A DNA stretch of 64,000 nucleotides. Source: the human T2T-CHM13v2.0 reference genome, Homo sapiens. A program made the translations under genes and the position numbers. Every line of letters begins with the position of its first letter. Within the stretch, counting starts at the first letter, position 1. Shown piece after piece: positions 27,331-41,335 of this stretch. Under the pieces are notes generated by a model that was not told the DNA's origin, ran no database searches, and saw only the letters and a program-made list of their open reading frames with translations. The stretch lies in NCBI RefSeq assembly GCF_009914755.1, contig NC_060938.1. One strand, 5' to 3'.

Positions 27331-27499
27331 TAACCTGAGGTATTAAGTTCCTAGACAGCTGGACAACTCAGTTGACATTAGATACTTTTAATAGCCAACT
27401 TTACATGCTATTATCTCACCCCATTAAGAATATGTTATCAAGCTGTTTTGATATTACATAGCAAAGATGATTCATTTACTCCCTCATCTGTTTTTCTGC

Positions 27500-27920
27500 T
27501 CATCCATTCGTTCACTAAAATTTATTGAGTACCTACTACATACCAGGTACCATGCTAGGCACTCGGGCTGTGAACATGACAAGACAGATGTAGTCCCCTG
27601 CTCTGAAGGACCTTGCATTCTTGTAAGGGAGCACTGAAATAGGTCTACAAACAACTGAGCCCACAGATAAGATCATTTTAGATGAGGATAAGTGCCAGAA
27701 AGCAAATAAAACAAGTTAGTGTGCTAGGAAGTAAGTAGGCATGAACATCATTGGAGTGGTCAAGAAAAGCCTTTCTGGAGAGACCAGAATGAAGAGAAGG
27801 GACAAACTCTGCAAAGCGGGGACAGCAAGTGCAAATGCTCTGAGGTGGGACCAGGCTGAGGTTGATCAAACAGCAGAAAGACCAGTGGGCTGAAGCAAAA
27901 TGACCCAAGGAGAATGGAGG
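27500..27920 (-). mobile_element. L2 3' fragment
   Basis: CATTCGTTCACTAAAATTTATTGAGTACCTACTACATACCAGGTACCATGCTAGGCACT...CAAATGCTCTGAGGTGGGA. Confidence 0.8.
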
Positions 27921-28374
27921 CATTCGCTGATGGAAAGGTGGTTTATATGCACAGAAAGATTCAGACAGAGAAAAGCAATATATTTTCTTTGCCGATAAAG
28001 ATCAAGGAGTTTAAAACTGGTTTAATTCTTGTGAAAACATAGCTCATTGGATAATATGTTAAGGTATTTACAATTATATAACCGTAGCATTAGGGAGTTT
28101 TGAGATTTACTATTTTAAAAAATCATTTTAATGTTAAAGCAAAGGGATCTTAACATTGTCCGTGGTTGTTGATATTTTACCAGAATACTATTTTTTCCTT
28201 CCCGTAAGTTGTTACTATTATTATTTTGGTGATTTGTTGCACCTTTTGCTGTCATTCATTGTAACCAATATTTAGTGGAAAGTCTGAATTAAAATATTTT
28301 AAAAATATATTTAATTGTATTGCATTCACAATATTTTTCTAGTAGGAAAGTAGGAAGTGTTAGGTTCTTTGTAG

Positions 28375-28828
<454 letters not shown>

Positions 28829-29933
28829 CTATCATGCTAATTCTGAACAGCAGGAATTTACCAAGTAAGAAGGTCAGGGTTAACCTAGTCAAGATTATGA
28901 ACTATCAGTCCTACTTTAATCACAATTAGAATGGGCTGTAATACGTTTTTATCCCCACTGTAGCTTTACCTTTCCTTAGAGATAAATTGCATGTAAATAT
29001 ATATTAAAGTGCTTCAAGTCAGTTTTGTCTCTTAAGTATATATTTGTTTCTTTGTAATCTGCTTTTACTTTTAATTTGAACATCAAACCAATATCCTCTC
29101 CCCACTCTTTTTCATATTCACAGAAGAGGAGTCAGCCCTGTTGTTGACACTAATTAATGACCACTCATATTTGGTTGGCAGAGAGATTTATCCCATGTCC
29201 TGTGAGTTCTCTTCTCCTTTTTTTGCACTCTGCACCCTAGACATCTGGGCCACGATTGCCAGAAGCCTCTGAGTGCTCCATCTCACTTTCCTCCCTTCAA
29301 GCCTCCCCATGTGTCATCTCTCTGGTCACAGTGGTGTCCCAACCAGTGGTTCCTGCAGTTTCCTGACACTGAAACCTGCTCAGCCAGATGGCATAACTCC
29401 CTCCAGGCAGCAACTCTGTGCCAGGCATCGGACTTCCAGGCTCATAAATGTGGAATCTGTCAGGCTGAGAACATAAGTTGCTCCAGCCCATTATTAGCCG
29501 GTAGAAAGCTTATAAAAAAGGACTTTATAAACCAAGGCACGAGTACATAATTTCATGAGCAAAGCTGCAGTGTGGCAGTTCTTGGTTTAAAGCTGAAAGC
29601 CTTTCTAATGTGTTGCCAGAGGATTAAACGCTATCACCATGTTTCAGGCAGTGATTTTTATTGCATGTTTCATTCAGGATTTGGCACTGGAAAAGAAGGA
29701 ATTCTGCACACAGCAAATTGAAATTAGAAGGCAGTGAGTTGCTATTTGAAGCAGGGATGCTATTGTTTTGAGGACATTATCTTCTGTTGAGGTGATTCCC
29801 ATCTTGTGCACACTCTCTCCATTTTTCAATAGATATTTACCATTTTTCATTTCTTGATAAATCCTTTCTGTAATGCCTGGTACTTTTCAAAATTATTCTT
29901 CAAATAGACAAATAGAATCATTTCTGACGAATA

Positions 29934-30273
29934 GAATGATGTGTTGCTTAACGATGGGGCTGTGTTCTGAGAAATGCTTCATTAGGTGATTTTGTCCTTG
30001 TGTGATTATTGTAGGGTGTACTTACACAAACCTAGATGGTTTAGCCTCCTGCACACCTAGACTAGAGGGCATGACCTATTGCTCCTAGGCTACAAACCTG
30101 TACAGGATGTTACTGTACTGAATACTATAGGCAATTATGACACAATGGTAAGCATTTGTGTATCTAAACAAATCTAAGCATAGAAAAAGCACAGTAAAAA
30201 TATGGTATTATAATCATATGGGACCACTTGTGGTCCATTGTTGACTGAAACGTTGTTATGTGGTGCATGACTG
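29934..30273. mobile_element. Tigger3a/MER7A-like non-autonomous Tc1/mariner DNA transposon
   Basis: GCTTAACGATGGGG...TTCTGAGAAATGC...CTTACACAAACCTAGATGG...GACTGAAACGTTGTTATGTGGTGCATGACTG, flanked by TA. Confidence 0.85.
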
Positions 30274-30915
30274 TAAGGTGGTCTGTTTGCAGTATCAGAA
30301 GAGAAATAGCTTGTGTAGCACTCATAGAAAATCAGGGATTAAAATAGGCAGAGCGAAAAACCAGGGACTCACCTCTCTTACTTAAAAAAAAAAAAAGCAG
30401 GTCATTGGGCACAAGGTTACGGCTTTGGATTGGTCACCTTGGGTTAGAGTGAGACTTGAGGATCTGAGTCTCAATTAAAAGTTGTTTCACGTTCTGGTTG
30501 ATCAGGCTCTTTGTGAGTATAGGCCACACGCTACTCTACCTCTGGGATGGCAAACAGGAGCACCCAAACTCCCTTCAATCAGCTCCCTTTCCTTTTCTAC
30601 CATTTTCTATCTTCGTTTCTTCCCTTTAATAAGGGAAACAAAGCTTTTTCTTTTAATGACTGCCACCAGAGCTCCTCTTTGCAAGGTAACTTTGTTGTGA
30701 AAAGGTGCACAACAGTGATAAAGACAGTTATGGGCAGGTGAGATACTAGGACGTGGAGCAGGCTGGTTCCAATGCCCCATTAAGGATGGCAAGGCAGCTC
30801 CACACAAAACCAAGAGAGCAAGGGCTCCAGACAGGGTGGGGAGGGAAGCAGGAAGCAGAGGGCCCTGAGGCTGGGATTGTGGAGTGAGGAACCCATGGTA
30901 CCCTGGAGGTGGAGG

Positions 30916-32359
30916 TGAGAGGTGACAGCATGCTGGCAGCCCCTGCTCGCTCTCAGTGCCTCCTTGGCCTCGCGCCCACTCTGGCCATGTTTGAGGAGGC
31001 CTTCAGCCCGTCTCTGTGCTATGGGAGCCCCTCTCTGGGTTGGTTGAGGTCGGAGCCGGCTCCCTCTGCTTGCAGGGAGGTGTGGAGGGAGAGGCGCGGG
31101 CAGGAAGGGTGGCGCTTGGGGGCCAGCGCCAGTTCCGGGTGGGCGTGGGCTCTGTGGCCACTCACTTGGAGTGGCCGGCGGGCGCCACCAGCCCGGGGCA
31201 GTGAGGAGCTTAGCACCTGGGCCAGCAGCTGCGGAGAGTGTGCTGGGTCCCCCAGCGGTGCCGCCCGACAGCGCTGCGATCGAATTATCACGGGGCCTCA
31301 GCTGCTTCCCCGCAGGGCAGAGCTCGGGACCTGCAGCCTGCCATGCCCGACCCTCCCTCCGCCGCTGTGGGCTCCTGCGTGGCCCGAGCCTCCCAGACAA
31401 GTGCTGCCCCCTGCTCCGCGGGGCCTGGTCCCATTGACCACCCAAGGGCTGAGGAGTGCGGGACACATGGCAAGGGACTGGCAGGCAGCTCTGCCTGCAG
31501 CTACAGGGCAGGATCCACTAGGTGAAGCCAGCTGGACTCCTGAGTCTAGTGGGGACTTGGAGAACCTTTATGTCTAGCTAAAGGATTGTAAATATACCAA
31601 TCAGCACTCTGTGTCTATCTCAAGGTTTGTAAATACACCAATCAGCACTGTGTCTACTTCAAGGTTTGTAAACACACCAATCAGCACCCTGTGTCTAGCT
31701 CAAGGTTTGTAAATGCACCAATCAGTGCTCTGTGGGGACTTGGAGAACTTTTGTGTCTAGCTCAGGGATTGTAAACACACAAATCAGCACCCTGTCAAAA
31801 CGGACCAATCGGCTCTCTGTAAAATAGACCAATCAGCTCTCTGTAAAAATGGACGAATCAGCAGGATATGGGTGGGGCCAGATAAGGGAATAAAAGCAGA
31901 CTGCCCCAGCCATCAGGGGTAACCTACCTGGGTCCCCTTTCACATTGCGGAAGTTTTGTTCTTTCACTCTTTGCAATAAATCTCGCTGCTGGTCACTCTT
32001 TGGGTCCACACTGCCCTTATGAGGTGTAACACTCACCACAAAGGTCTGCAGCTTCAGTCCTGAAGCCAGCGAGACCACGAACCCACCGGGAGGGACGAAC
32101 AACTTCAGACAAGAGAAACAAACAACTCCAGATGCACCACCTTTAAGAGCTGTAACACTCACCCCGAAGGTCTGCAGCTTCACTCCTGAAGTCAGCGAGA
32201 CCACGAACCCACCAGAAGGAAGAAACTCTGGACACATCTGAACATCTGAAGGCACAGACTCCGGACACACCATCTTTAAGAACTGTAACACTCAACACGA
32301 GGGTCCGCGGCTTCATTCTTGAAGTCAGCGAGACCAAGAACCCACCAATATTGTACACA
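30916..32359 (+). mobile_element. Solitary ERV9 LTR12 (LTR12C/D/E group)
   Basis: Starts TGAGAGGTGACAGCATGCTGGCAG; GC/CpG-rich U3; ~40-bp CCAAT repeats; three GTAACACTCA...GCGAGACCA.GAACCCACC U5 repeats; ends CCAAGAACCCACCAATATTGTACACA. Confidence 0.95.
31572..31895 (+). promoter_or_regulatory. LTR12 U3 enhancer/promoter: NF-Y CCAAT array, GC/CACCC box, GATA site and AATAAAA TATA-equivalent
   Basis: CCAAT at 31597, 31638, 31677, 31718, 31805 and 31829; GGGTGGGGCC; AGATAA 31880-31885; AATAAAA 31889-31895. LTR poly(A) signal AATAAA at 31975-31980. Confidence 0.7.
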
Positions 32360-32404
32360 ACATTTCTGGGGCAGCTGACTAGATGAGAGCATAGGAATAA
32401 GAGG

Positions 32405-32530
32405 CTGGCTTCTGTAAAATAAGAATAGCAGCACCCATCTCCCTGTGTTGCTGTGAGAATTAAATAGGCTATTTGTAAGGTGCCTAGTACTGTGCCTGGC
32501 ATTGAGCAGTGTGCTCAGCAGATACTAGGT
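32405..32530 (+). mobile_element. MIR fragment
   Basis: TGTTGCTGTGAGAATTAAATAGG...GTAAGGTGCCTAGTACTGTGCCTGGCA. Confidence 0.65.
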
Positions 32531-32684
32531 TGTGGCCCTCACTACGTTGTTTCCCAAAGGGCAGTGGGCAAGTGCGATGAGCCAGTTGTCATTTTATTTA
32601 TTCAACCAACATACCAGTATTATTGAGTGCCATTGCTCTTGTTTTCCTCAAGGACTGGTGAAGACATTGTCCAGGAATGTTACC

Positions 32685-32870
32685 ACCTGCTAGGTGTGCA
32701 ACCTTAGGCAAGTTTTTTAGCCTCTGTGAGAATCCATGTGAATGGCTGTAAGGGGGTGACGGTAATCATACCTACATCAAAGAATCTTTCTAAACCTTAA
32801 ATGAGATAATCCATGTAAAGTACTTAGCATAGGGCCTGGCAACAGGAAATACTCGGTACCTGTTAATGAT
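32685..32870 (+). mobile_element. MIR
   Basis: GTGTGCAACCTTAGGCAAG...TTAAATGAGATAATCCATGTAAAGTACTTAGCATAGGGCCTGGCA. Confidence 0.75.
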
Positions 32871-33150
32871 TAATAAGAACCCGAAGAGTTTAAAACGCTT
32901 TTCTTGAATCCACTTATATATTCAACTTCTTCTACCAAAGAGTGGTATACTTCATGAGCTTACCACAAGCTCTTTGTTCTAAATGCAGCTTATTTTCTGA
33001 GGATCCAAGAAGCCACCATGTAGCCCTGGAGCTGGAAGAACATCATTGATGTTATAGTTCATCCTCTTCGTTGTACGGAGGAAGAGATGGGGGCTGGCTG
33101 GTGGCAGATTTGCTGACTCTCCACGTGGTGCTCCATCCCAGCTGCAATAG

Positions 33151-33600
<450 letters not shown>

Positions 33601-33919
33601 TGATGGAAGTGGTCAGGCCATGTAGTTAGGTAAGGCCTGTCAATCTCACCTTATCTAATCATTTCCATCTACTCATGGCAGACTGCCATAAGAAGAAATG
33701 GAAATGGTACTGGGAGGCTTTGGCTGTCTTTTAATTCCTATCACCCTTGAAGTGGTTACTTAATATTCTGTCTATTATTCCTTGTAGAGTCTCTTTGGCA
33801 TTACAAATTGCCTTATTTTCTCATGGAATTAAATTACTTTCAAATGATTTTTCTCATACTATGGTAGCTTGCATTTTTCTAAGCTGACTCTAGTTTATAA
33901 TTTTCTGGCATTAGATCCA

Positions 33920-34110
33920 ATCCCTTCATCTTGGTGTATCTGAACACAATTTTTGCCTATTCAAAACAGAACTTCCACTAATATCAATAACCTAATGTTC
34001 ATTCTCCATTCCAAGTCATTTACAAAATTTTTATTGGGACCAGAGAGAATAAGACCTTCTGCCAAATATATTGTCTGAATTGGATACTGAGCCATTTATC
34101 AATTTCCTTT
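33920..34110 (-). mobile_element. Possible L3/CR1 RT relic
   Basis: TTCCAAGTCATTTACAAAATTTTTATTGGGACCAGAGAGAATAAGACCTTCTG resembles antisense CR1 RT (PQGSVLGP..FNIFINDL). Highly decayed. Confidence 0.3.
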
Positions 34111-35521
34111 GTTTAAAAAATAGGTTAGCTATTTTAAAATTTATTTGACAATTTTTTTTCAAGCTAATTTAAATTTACTTTAGATAACATTTTATTAAAT
34201 ACTGTATCAGATGATTTATTAATTCCCTCCCTCATGTAATTCTGCATTATTTCCTAAACAAATTATTTTTATAATTTTGCCAAGAGCAGCTATGTTATTT
34301 TATTTGAAACAACTTGTTTAAATAAATGCTTGGCATTGCTTTGCTATTGCTTGGGATTTTAAAATTACTTTTCCTGAACATAATTGCTTTAAATTAAGAA
34401 TTGCACTTCTGTTGAAATTTTGAAGGTTATAGTTTTGATTTTTCTTACACTTTTAAAAAATAGGTGAGCTGAGTAACTCCCTTTAATCAAGAATTTATAA
34501 GTTACAAACATTCATATTTTCCATAACGAATAAAAAGATAATTCTTTACAAATCGACGTTTCTGTAGAGACAGCAATTTTTTTTCAGTGATATTCTTTTG
34601 GACTTTAGGAACAGAGAGTTTTTGTTATTGTTGCGATTTTTAAAACTCTTCTTCAATATACTTCAAATTATCACTCTTCAATGTTATTTTTAAAGACAGA
34701 TTTGAAAGCCACTAAGCTTCATGTACAAGCTTTTAAAAAAATGTTGTCATTCGTTTCATACCTGCACTCATTTATGTTGTGTATATTCTCTGTAATTCCT
34801 ATTTTCTTTTCTATTCATTTAAGCTAGGATTTCCTAGCTGGCTCTTGTCAATGTGAGTCTTAATGTAATCACCAAGGCAGATTTTCTTTGGGTTTATTTT
34901 TGTGCTCTCTAGCTCAAAATTGCCCTTCATATAATTTGGGACTTTTCGATGCCAACTGATGGGCTGTCATTAGTTTAATGTGTCCATTCGTACAACCTTG
35001 TGAGGCCTATACCATCTACATAGTCAATCTTATTTCTCTCTCCCTGGGGTTAAATCAGTATCTACTGTAATTTCCTTTCCCCGTTTTTAACTACATACTA
35101 TTTTATTGGACTACAGATTACTTTTTTCCAGAATTTATCCAAATATGATATTAAAAATCTTTCCTATATGCTATGCTATGTTTCAACATCTTTCCATTAC
35201 CTTTAATTTCAATATTGATCAATTAGCAACATATTTATAAGGAACACTCAATATTTAATTTGAGTGATTAGGCTGCATTTTCAACTTTATCTCAATATAC
35301 AGTTCAATAAGTTCCTCACGTTTTCCATATGAGGATATAATTACCTGGCATTTCACAGAATGAGAGATTCTGGATTAAGCCTACATTCTTATGCAGCATT
35401 AAATAAATATATGTTGTTTTAAAATTGATGTGTAAATGATCTAACATTACACATACATGTTCGTTCCTTTCTTTCCCCTAACAATTATATCTAACATTTT
35501 ATGTAAATAAGATTAAACTCT

Positions 35522-35844
<323 letters not shown>

Positions 35845-36064
35845 TCAAACTTTCACTTCCAGCAGAAATGTTCAGTCTTTGATTTTCTGAACTCCTCATT
35901 TTTTTTCTCCCCTAAAGGGCTTTTTTTCTCTCTTTTTTTTTTTTGACAATATTGTAAAAAATTAAGGAATACATGAAGTTTATTCAAATATCCACTACCA
36001 AGAAGTAATCATTTATGAAATGACATTATGGAAAAAAAAGGACCAACATTAAGTATAAAATGAT

Positions 36065-36160
36065 GGCTTGAAACCAGGAGTTCAAGACCAGCTTGGGCAA
36101 CATAGCAAGAACCTGTTTTCAACAAAAAGGAAAAATAAAATAAAAGTCAAATAAAATAAA
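36065..36160 (+). mobile_element. 5'-truncated FLAM/Alu left-monomer fragment
   Basis: GCTTGAAACCAGGAGTTCAAGACCAGCTTGGGCAACATAGCAAGA plus an A-rich tail. Confidence 0.8.
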
Positions 36161-36357
36161 ATGAGGCCATTCTCTGTGTTGCCTACCCCAGCTTTACACA
36201 ACAATACTAGTGTCTTGGATGTTAGGGGATTTCTGTTGGGGTCTGACAGAGACCACTTAGTGTACTTTTTTGGGACTCGACTTCCTTGACATCCAGCTCT
36301 AATTTAAAAGTCTTTGATTATCATCACAGCTGAAAATGCCACAAATCTGTTCTTCTT

Positions 36358-36940
36358 TTAAAAAAATTGTAGTAAAATATCATTTAGTCATTTTTAGGTG
36401 TACAATTTAGTGACTTTAAATATATTTACGTTGTTGAGCAACCACCACCAACATCCATCTGCAGAACTCTTTTTATCTTGCAGAACTGAGACCATTTGCC
36501 CGTTAAACAATAACTCCCTATTCCCCACTTTTCCCAACCCCCTGGCAAGCACCGTTCTGCTTTTTGTCTTTGAGAATTTGACTACTTTACAGACATCATG
36601 TAAATGAAATCATACAATGTTTGTCCTTTTGTGTCTGGCTTATTTCACTTAGCGTAACGTGTTCCAGGTTCATCCATGTTGTAGCATGTGTCAGAATTTT
36701 CTTCCTTTTTAAGGCTGAATAATATTGCATTGTATGTATATACTACACTTTGCTTATCCATTCTTTTGTCAATGGACTTTTGAGTTGTTTGTGCCTTTTT
36801 CCTATTTTGAATAACACTGCTATGAACATTGTTTACAGATATCTGTTCAGGTCCCTGCTTTCAATTATTTTGGGTATATACCAGAAAATAATATTGCTGG
36901 GTCATGTGGTAATTCTATGTTCAATTTTTTTTAAGAACCC
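36358..36940 (-). mobile_element. L1MB 3' UTR fragment
   Basis: CATCCATCTGCAGAACTCTTTTTATCTTG...GGCTTATTTCACTTAGC...TTCATCCATGTTGTAGCATGTGTCAGAATTT. Confidence 0.88.
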
Positions 36941-38936
36941 ACACATGTTTTTACCTGTAAGATGATAATTCCTCTGATTATACTCATTTTTAGCAGAAAT
37001 TTTATTCTCTTGTGGCTTCTGACTTCATTTTCAGTTTTTAACAAGTACAAAAACAGTGGTTAAATAAAATGCCAAGAATTATGACACTCCTGGTTTAGTA
37101 ACGTTTAAAAAAAGGCATAAAATTAACTTTTGGAAATGATAAGCTATAGATTCTCTTTATAGCAAAACCAATTTCTTTATTTTTTCAAAATTATTATTTT
37201 AAAAACTGAGTTTTACTCATGATTATCTTTTGAAAATATTCCAATATTTGAAGTTTTCATAGTATTTTTTCCTACCTATAAAGCTTACTTTAAAAGGAAA
37301 CAGAAGTATGATTTGCTGAGGCAAAATTATAGGGGTATCCTTTAAAAAAATAAACCATTCCTAAAGATCTGAACTTAGAAAACAAGTCCATTAGAAGATG
37401 ATTATCTGTGTGGTCAAAAACAGATCTTGAATTGATCAAAGGTTTCTTTTAACTAGTTTCTTGATGCATTTTTTTGAAAGGATTTGATTTATTAATAATT
37501 TTCTAAGAAGCCATTGTAAAGACATTATGGCAAAATTATCTTGATTTGTAGTTGAGTAATTAGAATTTGTGATATTTGTACAGGGTTCATGAAGTTGGCT
37601 TTTTTTGCAGAAGTTGTTTGAGGAAAAATAAAAGCCTGTTAACAAGACTATAAACAAGATTCCAAAGGAAAATGATTGCCTATTGAAGAGAGCCAAAGTG
37701 TTTTCAAGCATTTAAGAAATAGTAATTTAGGGACAAGCTGCCATTTGAGTGTCCTGCAGAGGCTAACAATGCTTATGCTGAAGCTGTAATATGCTAGCTT
37801 CAAGCCATTCTTATTGATTAATGCTTTAATGGGCTTTTTGCTAGGCAACATTTAGTTAGCACAGTTATTATACCTGTTTGACTGTATAAAATTGCATTTA
37901 TTGAATATCCAGTTTGGGGAAGATAAAGGAGAAAATTACACTTTTCTTGAGTTGTCTCTGGCACTACGGTTAGGTTGCTGCCTTTTAAATGCTTGAAATT
38001 AAAGCTTTCATCTTGAATTATCATAGTATTTCTACTTTTATTTTCTGAGTATGGTCTATAGTTACAGCTGCTGACAAAGAATGGAATCTGGCTAACATAA
38101 ATTTGAGAGAAGGAAGAAAAAGCTGGTTTTGGATCAGGATTTTGGGTTCTGGGACAGACATTTACCAACATCTGTTTCAAAGGAGAAAATAGAAGCCCAC
38201 CCTAGAAGTCTAAGGGTCATCAGGAAATAGACAAACATCAGGATATTATATTAAAGCACATCTGTCTCCAGTTTGGCATGAAAAGCCTATATTTAGATAT
38301 TATTTTAAGAGCTATGTTTAAAAATGCTGATAAAGTAGATTCCATACTCATTTTTTAGTCAACTGTGTTATTTTTCTTTTTCACAGATGTGCACACTTGG
38401 TACTATAGTTTGAATATATTTTCTATCAAGACCAAAATTTAAAAAGTAAAAGTATGGAATTTCTGTCTTCTCCATCCTGGCTTAAAACTTTGGAGCATAC
38501 CTCGAATAGCTTATGCATCGTTGGTGGAAAGTCCTTGCATCATTATTTTACCTTGTGTGTATACGTGCATGTGTGTATTTCACTGTTGTTGCTTGGGGCC
38601 TCCTCAGTTGGTGTGGTATATTGGGTCTTCAATCACCTGGTCATACCAGGCCTATTGTAGCCCTGGAGATTTGGTGCCTGTTTGAATCAAGTCTGGTAGC
38701 AACCTTCTGTAGACCTAATTCTTTCAGCTGTGATTTGTTATAGAAAAAATAACTGTTTGAATCTGAGTTCTAGGCCAGCTCTTATCAGCTACTGAGGGTT
38801 CTGTTTGTGGAGGTGCCCCCTGTGCATGCTGAAGCCAGATTTTGGCACAGTTACAGAGACACACAGAGCCACATTCGTTTCACAATTCTAGACATAAATA
38901 GCCTATTATGGGTTGGATTTAGAGTTATTTATTGTA

Positions 38937-39281
38937 GTATTTTAGTCAGTTTGGGCTGCTATAAAAAATACAATAGACTGGGTGACTTAGAAAACAGAGA
39001 TTTATTTCTCACAGTTCTGGAGGTTGAGAAGTCCAAGATCAAGGTGCTGGCAGATCCAGTCTGGTGAGGGCTTTCTTTTTGGTTTGCAGAGAGCTGTCTT
39101 GTATTCTTATGCCGTGTGGGGATGGGGAGGGAGAGATATCTCTTTTGCGTCTTTTCTTATGTGGACACTAATCTCATTCATGAGGGCACCACCCTCTTGA
39201 CCTATTAATAATTGCATCCCAAAGCCCCACCTCCCAATACCATCACACTAGGGATTTAGGCTTCCACATTCAATCTATAGC
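38937..39281 (-). mobile_element. MaLR LTR (MLT1A/MSTD-like)
   Basis: TTAGTCAGTTTGGGCTGCTATAA...ATTTATTTCTCACAGTTCTGGAGG...AAGTCCAAGATCAAGGTGCTGGCAG...CATTCAATCTATAGC. Confidence 0.85.
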
Positions 39282-39823
39282 CTATAGTTATTCATTTTTA
39301 CAATAAAAGATGTACTTATATTTTTCTTCATATCTTCTCTTCCTGGTCACTGGTTTGGTTTTTCATTCTGGAGAAGAATAAGAGGTAATTTTCCCACAAT
39401 TATAATTTATTCCTGGAATCAATTATAATTTATTCAGCAGCAGGAGGGTTACTTTATAAGTCTGAAAGAAACAAGAAGATATGCTTGGCTTTGCTAAAAA
39501 AAAGGTATTATTACTATTATTCAGTTATTAAGAGAGGGAGAGTCTTAGTTTGGTGCTAATATATCCTTAACAACAACCTAAAATCTCCTATTTAAAAAAA
39601 GAGAGAGTAGGACCCAAGCTCAGAGTCTTTAGTAGGCAACTGTTTCCAGTGAGAATTTAATGACATTACTGTGTTTTTACTTCTTTAGAATTTCCTTCTA
39701 TTTATGGCAAATAGAACAGCTTTTAAGATTTCTTTCAAACTCTTGTTGGACCAGAAGTTGAAGTAAACTCTGGATTGTTTTATTTAATCCTTATAATAAC
39801 TCAGTGTGTTTGAAGCTATTTTA

Positions 39824-40099
39824 TTTTATTTTATTCTTTTGAGACAGAGTCTTGCTCTGTCACACAGGCTGTAGTGCAGTGACACAATCGTGGCTCACTG
39901 CAACCTTGACCTCCTGGACTCAAGCCATCCTCCCACCTCAGCCTCCCAAGTAGCTGGGACCACAGGCGTGTGCCATCATACCTGTCTAATTTTTAACCAT
40001 TTTTTTGTAGAGACGGGGTCTGCCTATGTTTCTCAGACTGGTCTCAAACTCCTAGGCTCAAAGTGCTGGGATTACAGGCATGAGCTACTGCGTGAGGCC
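39824..40099 (-). mobile_element. AluJ with ~25-bp deletion in the left monomer
   Basis: J diagnostics (CTCAAGCCATCCTCCCACC); GGCTCAA is joined to AGTGCTGGG. TSD TGAAGCTATTTTA at 39811-39823 and 40100-40112. Confidence 0.92.
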
Positions 40100-40114
40100 T
40101 GAAGCTATTTTAAA

Positions 40115-40250
40115 CCACATTTTACATGTGAAAAAAACGGAGACTCAGGGAGATTAAGTAACTTGTCTAAAGTCACTTATATTGTGGAAATCTAGAATTC
40201 GGATTCAGCTCTGTCTGAATCCAGAGCCCAAACTTTGACCCACTGTGCAC
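40115..40250 (-). mobile_element. MIR
   Basis: CATTTTACATGTGAAAAAAACGGAGACTCAGGGAGATTAAGTAACTTGTCTAAAGTCAC. Confidence 0.75.
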
Positions 40251-40722
40251 ATGGTCTGTGCACCAGAGGGAGAAAGCAAGTTTCAGGCCATCTCTACTCA
40301 TGTCCAGCAGTTCTTGCTAGCATCCTACGGGTAGCACAGAAATTTATATGTGCCCAATTCCTTCTGTCCACAGACTAGCTGTAGTAATGTCACGTACTGA
40401 AATTCAAGATAACATTCTCAGAGGGCTTTTCTTTTTAGGAGTGGGAACAGTTTAAAATAAAACTACTTTCCTCCACCAATGGTATGTTTATATATATATA
40501 TATATAAACATATATATAGAAGTAAAATGGGAGAAAAAGTAGTAAAAATATTTAACCCAATTTATTGTCACTCACGGGCAGCTGAATATCCTGGAAGAGA
40601 CATCAGACTGCATGCGAGAGGGGAGTTCTAGTACCTAACCGAGCAAAGTAGGTCCAGAAACCACCAGAGATTTCTGCTGCTTCACTGACCTAAGCTATGG
40701 TTAAATTAAAACAATGATTTTT

Positions 40723-41024
40723 GGCCTGGCGAGGTGGTTCATGCCTGTAATTCTAGCAGTTTGGGAGACTGAGGTGGGTGGATCACCTGAGGTCAGGAGT
40801 TCGAGACCAGCCTGGCCAACATGGTGAAACCCCGTCTCTACTAAAAATGCAAACATTAGCCAGGCATGGTGGCAGGTGCCTGTAATGCCAGCTACTCAGG
40901 AGGCTGAGGCAAGAGAATCGCTTGAACCCAGGAGGCAGAGATTGCAGTGAGCTGAGATCAAACCACTTCACTCCAGCCTGGGCGAAAGAGCAAAACTCCT
41001 TCTCAAATAAAATAAAATAAAAAA
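40723..41024 (+). mobile_element. AluSx-like SINE
   Basis: Full dimer. TSD TAAAACAATGATTTTT at 40707-40722 and 41025-41040. Confidence 0.95.
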
Positions 41025-41159
41025 TAAAACAATGATTTTTAAGCAGCTTTTTAAGATGAATTATATACTTTTAAATCTTTTGTATAAAAATGGATAAAAG
41101 TGGAGCCGTTCTGATTTCTAAATTAGGGAGGAGGGATAGTACTTGGATCTGTCCATATA

Positions 41160-41335
41160 AATTTAATTCCAAACTCCCCCACAACTTCCTACCACTGTGA
41201 TCTTTGGCGAGTTACTTAATCTCTCTAAGCCTCAGTTCTTTTACCTGTAAATTGGGGTATAACAATAATATTCACCTTATAGAGTGGCTGTGAATCAATG
41301 TAAAATCCTGAGAACAACACCTGGAACATAGAACA
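41160..41335 (+). mobile_element. MIR
   Basis: GTGATCTTTGGCGAGTTACTTAATCTCTCTAAGCCTCAGTTC...CTGTAAATTGGGG. Confidence 0.75.

Noticed and set aside
30780-31577. Overlapping 228-aa and 222-aa ORFs in a CpG-island-like region
   Set aside because: This is the GC-rich U3 of LTR12. The scarcity of stops is compositional, and it is not a gene CpG island.
31572-31860. ~40-bp repeat array superficially like CRISPR
   Set aside because: Tandem units without unique spacers; this is the known LTR12 enhancer repeat in eukaryotic DNA.
31833-32291. 152-aa repetitive ORF
   Set aside because: Antisense reading of the LTR12 U5 repeats.
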